This document shows positions 39,059 to 48,498 of a stretch of DNA of 48,498 nt, piece by piece. Numbering within the stretch: position 1 is the stretch's first letter; each line of letters begins with the position of its first letter. A model generated the notes under the pieces. It did no database searches. It was given only the letters and a program-made list of their open reading frames with translations, and was not told the origin of the DNA. Position numbers and translations under genes: made by a program. The DNA comes from Piedraia hortae CBS 480.64 (Eukaryota): the NCBI GenBank assembly GCA_010093745.1, contig MU005960.1:432849-481346 (forward strand). The letters run 5' to 3'.

Positions 39059-40210
39059 TTAATCTCGAGCTGGTGGGGCTTGGTCATGGTCCCCATGGTT
39101 CTCCTTATGCCACGCCTCACTGTCATTCTCCGGAGGGCTGGCATGCCACAAAGTGGAAGCCTTGAGGGCTTCACCTAGTGTCCTCGTCTCCGATGGCGTC
39201 GCTTCTAACATGGGCCATCTTATCTTTATCCGTGCGGTCCCATAGACAACAGGGCGGCCGCCGGATAAGCACGGCAGGCACAGCTTGCGCCTCGTTCCGA
39301 TCGGCGACCAAGTCAATCTTCCAGGCTTGGTGGGGGCTCGGCCGTGCAACCAAGATGTTTCTCGGGAACAGGTCCCTGTGGCGCGGGATGCTGCTCGAAG
39401 TTGACATGCTGGCCCTGTGCCGGAGGTCGAAGATTCCGCACTCCTTCATCTCCTTGCTGATCCCGTACATGTTGTGCAGCACGGGGTAGGGCGCCCAAAG
39501 CCCCCTCCCCTCGGTAAATCTCCCTTCAACGTGCGCCTTCAGCATTCTGGGCAGCAAGTCTGCCAAGGTCTCCGCCGTTTCACCGTCTTGGGGCGTCTGG
39601 AACGTGTATACCTCGACCCGGAACTCGGGCATGCTGGTGTCAAGAAAGCACGAGCCCCTTGACAGCCATGTCGGGCTGCCTGGACGCGGTCAGAGTGCTG
39701 GTGTGAGGAAATGAGACGTGTTCAGTAGCGAGCAGGAACTGAACCAGTCCGTTTGCGTCGTCCAGTCTTTCCGGCAGGGCCATTGAGTCGAAAACATCCT
39801 CGAGGCAGGTGGCGGGCGAGCGTTTGGTGAGGGTGTAGCGGCAGTGCAAGGGGTTTTTCCTGCCAGCGTCGAACGCGAAAAGCTTGGGCGCGGCAATCTC
39901 GCGCCTCGTCCTCAGCTGCAGCACCGCTACTTGGTCCTGAATCTCGCGCGTGAGCGCCTCCTTCAGTTTGCAATCTCCGCTTGGCTTTTCCCCGGGCCGC
40001 GGTATGCGGTAGATGCCCTCGATAGCCCGATCAAGCCTTGTCAAATGGGCAACGACCACCCGGTTGATGCCCCCTCCCCTGCAACGTTACAGCCATATGC
40101 TCTCAAAGGCTCCGACGCTCTCCGTCCGCGCCCAGACTTTGTCCTGAAACGTCTTAAAGGGCTCGTGATTCGACCTGTACCGAACTGTACTGGTAGTAGA
40201 CGATCTGCGA
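39059..40210 (-). pseudogene. Disrupted APH/choline-kinase-like phosphotransferase
   Basis: SSTTSTVRY..HEPFKTFQDKV...WL*RCRGGGINRVV (TAA at 40089-40087, just before the Gly loop); YRIPR; APKLFAFDAGRKNPL; frameshift near 39640; then HRDLFPRNILV (catalytic loop) and WKIDLVAD; further disruption near 39171. Confidence 0.75.
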
Positions 40211-43195
40211 CCTTGGGCGCCGGAGGCAGTTGATTCATCTACACCAGGCTTTGCCTGTGTGAGATACCCCTCAACTGCTTTGCGAAGTTCATGGCCATCG
40301 CTCTTCAGGATCCGTCAGAATCAATGGAGTCGAGCAATTTGAAGGCAAAACACCGCACCTTACGTTTCAAAAATTTTTGGAAGTGCCAGGGCAGCAATTT
40401 GTTGGTGTGTGCACGTGTGGATCGGTGTGTGAACTTATGTGCAGGAGTGGAGTGCAGCCTGGACGCTTCCGAGTACATGTAGTAAAAAGAGACTTGCCGA
40501 CGGGAGGGCCTAGGCAAAGCTCATGAGCTGATCAGAGTCATTCCTCTTGAGTCATATTTGTCAAGAACCGGTCATGTCAGCCTCATCACTTGAGATCTTA
40601 ACGAGTCACGTCCTCGGTCCCGATGCTTATTCCCATCTTGGGGCACAAATGTGCTCGGTATGGGTTTTCCTAGTAGAATAAACGCCACTTCATTCCGAAA
40701 GCTCTCAACTGATCGATGGGTTTTAACTACATTAGAGTCAGTAGCAATTCGTCGTCTGCGGAATTAGCGAATCGCATAACAAGGCGGCTAGCCGGATGGT
40801 CAGTAGCCAATCACGAGTCTTGTTCGAAAAAAAAGTCACAAAAGGGCCGAAAACTCTGTTGCAGAAACTGTCTAATGGCGTCCTAGCGGGTCAGGCCGAT
40901 TACTCCGGGAGGTCCCGTCTTGGCACAAATACCCTGCAGAGGCATAAAACAAACAACCTTCGCATCTCTCTTCGCATGAAAGTAGGAGCCCCCACAGGAG
41001 CAAGAGCACTTCGCATGGTGGGGCACGGGCTTCATTAACGTCCCTTTCTGCCTTGATCAGTATCTTCCTTTGCTTTTCATGGTTTTCAGTCTGGCGCAGC
41101 TCGGTGACTGGTAGTGGCAGACAGGGATGCAAAGCTGCCCCTGAGCCACAGCTGTTCATGGTTCGACAACTGACAAGCACCATCCGCCACATACGTTTCC
41201 GACACATGGGGAGATGGCCCATTCCACCGGCGTCGCTGACATAATTCGACATACTGCCATCCTCACGCTGAGAAAGGCAAGCATTCCTTAGAATTTCTAT
41301 TTGAAGCGATCGTGGGCGGACCTGTTCAACGAGGAAACGAAGCGCGATCTGCCCGTATATAAGGGGATTTACAGGAAGTTTCCGGATGAGTACGAAGGTG
41401 GGAATGTGGCAGGGTGGAGATGGAAGCTCTTTGAGTGGTCAAGTGGCTTCCTAAAGGTACCGTACCAACGCTACAAACATCAAGGTTCCACAAATACTTT
41501 TACGCACTAGGCTGGAGTGGATCGGACTGGTCAGCACATACTCAACGCTCAGCACACACTCGATTTAAGCTCCACCTTTAGTCCCAGGCAGCATGGTTGA
41601 GTTCGAACGGCAACGCAGAACTATGGATGAAGATCTTCTCACGATGGCCCAGAGCCCTCATAAGAGAGCATTGTCCGCTTCATGGCTCGACTACATCATC
41701 TCGTGTGATGGGGGTAATATACTCATGAAACTCGGGCTGGGCGAGGGCCAAACTGCCGAGCCAAGAGTACTAGAACGCAAGCACGATTTTCTGGACCTAG
41801 CCCTTGGTCAGTCTGCGTGTTGCGCGAAGAAATCGTCGAACAAGCGCTGGAAGAGCAAGCAGGGCATTTCCAGTCCCGTGCCATTAGCGAAGACGCGCGC
41901 TGAATCGTCTTCTGAGTCTGATAGTGCAAAAAGCCAAAACTGGCCGACCAAGTCTGGAATTGCCGAAAAGGCTGTCATACTGGCCACGAGCAAAGTCTTG
42001 GATCGCCTGCCATCACCAAATTCAGGTTTAAAAGACTCTATACCGTAGAATGGTATGCGTCGATGACCAGTGCGTGAGAAATGAACCTCTGTTCCTGGCA
42101 AACGGCCACCTAAACACCGGGTACTTTCTCCATCTCTGCGGCGGGAACTTCAATGGAAGTCGCCTAGCAAGCTACTGATCTCCAGAGTACGCTGTGGCGG
42201 AAAAATATCGCCGGGGTTCTGCAAAGAGGCGTGACGGCTCGCAAACCTGGATCGTGCAGATCTAACTGCCAACAGACTTCATAGAGAGGGTCTCAAGAAA
42301 GAATTTCTCTGGTTTGAAAAAGGCTCGCGCTGGGCGGAGCTCGCCTGGAACAGCCGAAGAAAGAAACGCTTGCCCGAGCATCTGGAAGACTGGGAAGGCC
42401 AAGAATTGATCGTGAGCCACATTTTCGACGATATGACAGACACCAAAGATCTTCCTAAGCCCATGAGGGCCTTAAAGATGAGCACCTCTGCGAGTTTGCG
42501 GCCTACGGAGGTAGGGGACACAATTGGATTTCCTCAATCCATCACAGCTGGAGAGTGAAATCAGCGGAAATATTCATGTCATTATTAGCAACCCACTTGA
42601 TTCGAGGGGCGAACGGAGATGAATTTTTGTCGACGTCCAGTAAAGTATGATAGAGTCCAGGGCGATTGGTGTTGTTTATGCTACTTTCCTCGCTATAATA
42701 TAAACCCATTATTGGTCGCCTGTCGATTTTTATAAGCCTCTTATGCCCTTGAAATTGCTTGATTTTGCGTCTCCTCACTATTGGCTTTATTCAACAAAGA
42801 GGCCCGGTGCTTATTCCAAAGGCAAATGTTCACTGAATGCAGTTTCAAAATTCTCATCCATTCTACTCGAACTTCCTTACCTGGAACAATCATAAGTAAA
42901 TTACCCATTTGGCCAACGTGTTAATACGACTTCCTGTTGCAAATCATCACGCATTGAACTCGAGTGCATTACTTGAAATATATGTGTTGCGTCAAGGTAT
43001 TAGGTTTGTGCGAATACTTCAGCTTCAGGAATTGCAGCTGTAAGTCTATGAAAACACCTAAAGTTACCTTGGCAGATGAGATCCACATCCACAAATCTCA
43101 AACACCTATTTCAAGCAAAACGACAGAAGTCAACCCACCAACAATCAATTACAAATTCCGCGTGGCTTCTGATGAGGAGACCAGGAAGCACAATT

Positions 43196-43620
43196 CCACG
43201 CTCCGACGAAACAGCCTGAGCAACGCTCCTTCTGCACTTCTTGGCTGTACTAGAATTCATCCTCAGACGGCTTTCCTGTCTCTTCAAAGTTCAGGCTACG
43301 AGAATACATCAATCGCCTTGAAACCTCGCTCGACCCAAAGTCCCAGACTGGACTCGGCCTATCCACTGGAGTGGCCCATGAAATGGCCGAGCTCTGGGGC
43401 AGCCTAACCGCGGAATACAAAGACGGCTTTTTGGGCCTAGCTGTTACAAAAATCTCAATTCGCTTAGAAGAATCCATGGAGAAAACGTCACCCGACGAGG
43501 TAATGGCTTCAGCTGGCGTCGCGAAAATTGTTCGAGGCGCGATTCTCGATGCAGAGTTTGCAGGTCCACAAAATTTGGTTTACTGGGTTGAGGATACACT
43601 CACAGTCAACTGTGGTACGC
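43196..43620 (+). pseudogene. Pseudogene of the HMG-like repeat family
   Basis: PRSDETA*ATLLLHFLAVLEF, then a +1 frameshift near 43259, then SSDGFPVSSKFRLREYINRLE...AELWGSLTAEYKDGF. Aligns with repeat 3 of the 15812-17119 protein (ALLRGLGSMFSEDGQTLFVFHAEAYINKVQ...NELWTALPMDDRSF). Confidence 0.55.
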
Positions 43621-44670
43621 TGCGGCCCGCCTCAAGGCTGGGGCTCGGGTATTGCAGTCTCGCAGGAAGGTTGAAGGGGGCGGACCTTCCGCACCTTCGC
43701 CAGCGGCTCCTCCTTCGGTGTCGACCAGCACACCATAGCCAACTAAGTCCAAGCTTCCCGACGGAAACGCAATGCTCACGCACCTACGCAGTCCTACCTC
43801 ACCCACCACCGCCAGAAGATGGCTACATAATCCTATATGCACCACGACATGGCACGCACCGAGGATTTAATCGCGAGATATAGCCCCCCAATGGTCTCAA
43901 CAAATTACGAGCTTTTATCCATCCGGATTTCAACGGGAGGGTTCCTGCTAAGCACTGGACACTGGAGGATGGACGCGCGGAAAAGTAAGAGCGCTACGCG
44001 GCAGAAAGATGTCACATGTCCTGATTGTTCAGATCTAACTCTCAGTCCACTTTGTGGATAGGTTGAGGAAGGAAATTTTGTGGTTCGAGGAGAGGACCAC
44101 GATGGAGAGAGTTTGTGGCATTGGGGGTTATGAACGGCTTTCGATCGTTTGGTGGGGTTGCGCACCAAAGAAGTGGTTATAGGGCGTGGCTTTAGTAGGA
44201 TTGCGAAAGAGGTAGATCTAAGCGAAGGTGCTGAGGGTATTACGTGGGGTATGGTTTTGAGGGTTGGGAGGGGAAAGACTACGCTGTGGGTGTTTAGTGA
44301 TATCAGGGATGTGGCAATCCTTGGCTTCACGGCGCGGAGTTCAGGTAAAGTGTGCTTCAAATCTTCCATAAATTGACAGACGGGTGCCATTGGGATTATT
44401 GTTCATGTGGTGGTTAGGGATCCGCCGGTATGAAGGGGTAGAGGGAATGGAGATGTAGGGATGCTGGGCTAACGTGGATTTGGGAACGGAATAGGGATAT
44501 CGTGGGCGAGTGGATGTGCCTGTGCGTCTTGTTTGTGCATTGCTGCTTTGTCTATGCGTGACATTCTATCAGTATGTTGTGCTTTGTGCACTTCCCTTTG
44601 TTTGGTTACCTGGAGGCATATAGTGCCTTCCCGCTGGTCGGGGTCGCTCAAGCGATGTTTTACTACTACA

Positions 44671-44678
44671 TATAAATA
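44671..44678 (+). promoter_or_regulatory. TATA box upstream of the F-box/LRR pseudogene
   Basis: TATAAATA about 97 nt upstream of ATG 44768. Confidence 0.45.
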
Positions 44679-44767
44679 ACATTTATCTTTGTACACTTGG
44701 CGATGTTGCGTTGGCAACCACGCGTCGTCAAGCGGAACAACACCGCGGCCGCAGTCAGACCAAAGCC

Positions 44768-46163
44768 ATGTGCTCTCCACTTGTAACTTGTGGTCTTGCA
44801 GCATCTACCCACCGAGGTCCAGCTGGCGATTTTCAAGAATTTGATCAAATACCACGCTACCTTGCTCAGCATCGCCCGCAGCTGTAGAAGCCTAGCGGCT
44901 GCCGCTATTGAGACTATGTGGAGCGAGCCACCATTTCACGCATTTCGAGGATTGCCCGCCGAGCGCAGACAGTCCTATGCTGACAGAATCCGAAAGTTAA
45001 CTCTCATATCCCACGCCATGCGTAAAAGAACCGATGGTGAGCCGTTTACGGAATGTGACATTCATAAGATCACTAAGGAGCTTCACGTTCCACGACTAGT
45101 GGATCTCGATCTGCATACGTGCGGCCATTGTAGGTGAAAAGTGAATCATTTCATTGAACAATACATGCAACCAAAGATACAGACGTTGAAAATCCTCTCA
45201 TCTGGTTATGAAGGGTACTTTGGGCCTCTGACTGCCAAATGTTCCCGAACAAGAATATTGGTTATATGTATCAGGACCAAGCATATACACTGGACATCTA
45301 TGCAGTTATGTGATACGTTAAAACCACTGAAGGACTTGGAGAGCTTTGCCTTCGAAGATCGCGTCATGTGTGAGGAGACGGACCTCGATTTCAATCTCTT
45401 GTCCCACATTTTCGGCCCAGACGCCCTTATAATATCGTTCCATGCCCCACAGGTTGAGTTGTACGATGAAGACATGAGCCTGCTTGCAGAAAAGCTGAAA
45501 CACCGACATTCAAACGTCACAGAGCTCTCGACCGTGCTGGACGGTGACAGCACTGCCTATCTCCCGCAAATCTCGCCCAATTTGCGGGTCCCTTCTCTTC
45601 GTATCACAGCCAATGACGATAAATGTTTCCAGAATATTGGCCGATTGACCAATCTTTGGGCGCTAGATCTTTCCTTCAACACGTCAATAATGGTACAGCC
45701 TAGTCATATGAAAAACCTACAAAGTCTGGTTAACCTGAAGCATTTTGATTTCGCCTTTGATGGCGGAGAAGTGTTCGCAGGTGGTGACCTAAGAGATGAT
45801 GAATTTGTGCATCTTTTCCAAGCACTGGGCAAATTGAGAGAGCTTGACACGAGCATTTGGGATTGCGACTGGCTAACAGCCACCGTGCTGGTCTCATTGG
45901 GAAAAAACTGTCGCAAACTCGAAATCGTCAAGCTCTTTATGCGTGATATGGACCTGAGCACCATGTCAGCCAATAATTCGGGAGATCTCCTATTTCCCTT
46001 TTCGAAAATTTCGCACATGTATGGCCTATACGGTAGGTCAACCATTCCGCTGTCAATTGAAGACAGCTCTAATGACGATGATGATGACGATGATGAAAAA
46101 GGTAATTTTGACGAGATACTAGCGAGCCATGGCCGCAACCTGAAGATGTCGAGGTGCGATTAG
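44768..46163 (+). pseudogene. F-box / leucine-rich-repeat protein, disrupted
   Basis: F-box-like LQHLPTEVQLAIFKNL...LLSIARSCRSL...IETMW, followed by LRR-like repeats (LKDLESFAF, LTNLWALDLSF, LVNLKHFDF, LGKLRELD, CRKLEIVKL). ATG 44768 is out of frame with the F-box by one base (~44795) and an in-frame TGA lies at 45135-45137. Confidence 0.7.
46072..46095 (+). repeat. GAY trinucleotide run encoding poly-Asp
   Basis: GAC/GAT run translated as D7 near the C-terminus of the F-box/LRR frame. Confidence 0.6.
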
Positions 46164-48498
46164 ACAAGTAGAGGCAAGGCCACCCTGTGATATAATGATG
46201 CACGGGCTATAGGATGTTTTTCTCATATATGACTCCACTAGCGTTGTTATGGGCGTATTTTCCATCGGTCATCAGCCCGGCCGCTAGATCTATGCTGATA
46301 CTCGTTATCGGTACTGGTATATATCATCAACCAACTGTGACTGCCGTGAGTTGGGCCTCCTCTGACCCTCTCTATTCTCCCATGACCAACACCCTCACTG
46401 ATTGGAAACCATCTCCCTTGTGACCATCGTCCATATGAGGGCTTCCCGAACGTGAAAGTTCCAATTCATTACTGTCATCCAAACGACCTTACGTCTTTCA
46501 GTTACTGTGCATGTGAGAATTCTTCAATTTGAATCCATCACGCTGCGGTCTGCCAGTTATTTCCGCCCCATTCAAGTCTGAAACGTCCACAGACCTGTCA
46601 GGATCATAGAAGATTCTCTACCGGAGGGAAATGAGACACAATATGAATGTCCTTTGTCCCATATTCCTCCGGTGGATGAACTTACAAGGTTGAATGATAT
46701 CCATATCAGTCTGTGTTAAGATACGTTAACCAATCTCTTTGCTTCCACTTTGTGAATCAATGGCTAACTATCCCTCGCTTCCTCACTCATGTTTGTTTCC
46801 CGCCACGGATGTATATATGCTTTTCCCGACGTGAAGGGAATCCCCGAGTCTATACCCTTCAGGGACGCTGGTAGGCTACCAGACTCTTCCTTTTTCCACA
46901 AAGTGCTGTGTAGATGATCTCACCTCAGCGATGTTCTCTACTGGTCGTCCTTTTTCCTCATTGTTACCTACAGAGCGCTACGTCACTCCAATCGCATAGC
47001 GAGCTTTAATTCGCGATCGTTCTCCTTTGTCGTGTTCAAAGTTATACTCATCAGGGTTCTTTTACATTCCGCAGTCCCATCTCATAACGAACCGCTCGCC
47101 CTTAAGAGGCTCTCTTCTCCGGGCTCAGATCTGAAAAAGACAGATAGTATGTATGAGTGAGAACGATGGATGGAAAGTAGAGATGTGTTTTTATGAGTGA
47201 ATACAAGTATGTCTTCGAGGGAGCATCAGAGAATATATTCTGGGCTGGAAGGCCCGTGCGTAGCCTCGTATGAAGAGTCATCAATTGTATGACCGTAAGC
47301 AAGTGGTTATACATGCAGTAAGACTGTCAGCATGCAGTCTTACTCCATGACTCACCTCAAACAGTAGCAGGGTGCATTCACCATGTCGCATGCGACATGA
47401 CCCTGAGGGAAACCTCTGTGAGGACAAAATCTAGGGTGCAGCTGCTGGTGTAAGAGGTGTCGCGCAGTGGCATCATACACTGATAGCAACGAGACTTCAT
47501 GCCAACAGATGATATCCAAGCGCTGATAGAAAGAAATGCTCCTAAGCTACAGGTATGGCAGTCTGATCCTCATTAACGAATAATCCAGATCGCGCTTAGT
47601 TGCAACGAAGTCCGATCCACCAACGATGCGAAGAACAAGTCGATCATCGGTCACCAGTCTGGTAGCCAATCCCAGTGCTAGCTTAAGGTAATTAGACAAT
47701 TATAAATGCAATTGAAAGAACCAAATTTCGTCCCAGAGCGACTATGTATCGTGGAGTGAATCTTCTCTGTCCTTCGCATTGCCTCCACTGTGCCAGTGTT
47801 CCATCAAATGTCCCTCCGCCAGCCAGTATGTCAACGTGGCAGTCAACCACAAACACCAGTAATCCATTTTCGCTGTGATGATCCCGCTTCTCAAACATGA
47901 AGTTCTCGCCCCTTTATCGTCCAAACAGTACCGTCTACCAACTACTACAAATTTGGCATTGAATGCTAAGGAGATCCTTCCAACGAATGCTTTGTTCCAG
48001 TCTGCCCATTCAGTTGACTTTGAAGCCTTTCCTACAGCCCAATCGCGAACAATATCACATTCTGCATCTCCGAGGATGTCATAGTAAGCCCAACTACAGA
48101 AAACGAACCCACTTCAGAGGTTGTCTTCACCCACACGAAGCGTGACGGATACTATCAGCCCCACTACATAACGCAAAATCCAGCCCCTTCGCGCTCCTCA
48201 TTCAAACGAATCTTCACTTCGCATAATTGCATGCTGTTCTGGACAAGAGGATCTGTCCACAGCGGGATCACATCAAGACATGCCGACTTCTTCCCACAAA
48301 GCGCTTGAATCACCTCACACCAGCGAAGAATCTTTCGTCCTCTTCTCATATTCTCAAAAATAGATTTAACACGGCTCTCTTATCTTCACAAAGCAGCATT
48401 CTCTTCTATTCTCTCGTTATCCGAGGAAGCCTAAACATAGTTCATTAATTTCTACAAAGCAGCATGTTGTGAATATGCGGTATATTACGCGCATTATT

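Noticed and set aside
42560..43100. AT-richer stretch as a possible RIP-mutated transposon
   Set aside because: No evident TpA excess, terminal repeats or TE protein motifs by eye.
46200..48498. Short ORFs at the right end of the window
   Set aside because: All under 80 aa with no motifs or consistent exon structure; left unannotated.

Overview
Eukaryotic DNA from a filamentous ascomycete with a very compact, intron-poor genome. The taxon is inferred from gene content and 45-56 nt GT-AG introns with CTRAC branch sites, not determined. Three dense blocks of conserved housekeeping genes are present: 0.2-7.1 kb (split trpC, an atypical SDR-like gene, IRE1), 20.2-30.6 kb (UTP13, COG0523 GTPase, PRE1, SWS2, RPC34, MBD4-like glycosylase) and 33.3-38.5 kb (ATG5, eIF3m, MDM31, PRE7). 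They alternate with gene-poor blocks of orphan ORFs and decayed genes (APH-like kinase, F-box/LRR and HMG-like pseudogenes). Main observations: (1) the normally trifunctional TrpC (GATase-IGPS-PRAI) appears split by a local ~1.6 kb inversion, leaving an intact stand-alone PRAI on the opposite strand, head-to-head with IRE1 and in frame with the next gene; (2) a possibly undescribed family of proteins built from divergent HMG-box-like repeats, with one intact 3-repeat gene and two relics; (3) extreme gene packing (1 bp between stop codons, 60 bp between divergent start codons); (4) a recurring C-rich then G-rich compositional oscillation running through coding sequence. No rRNA, tRNA, CRISPR array or recognisable transposon was seen.
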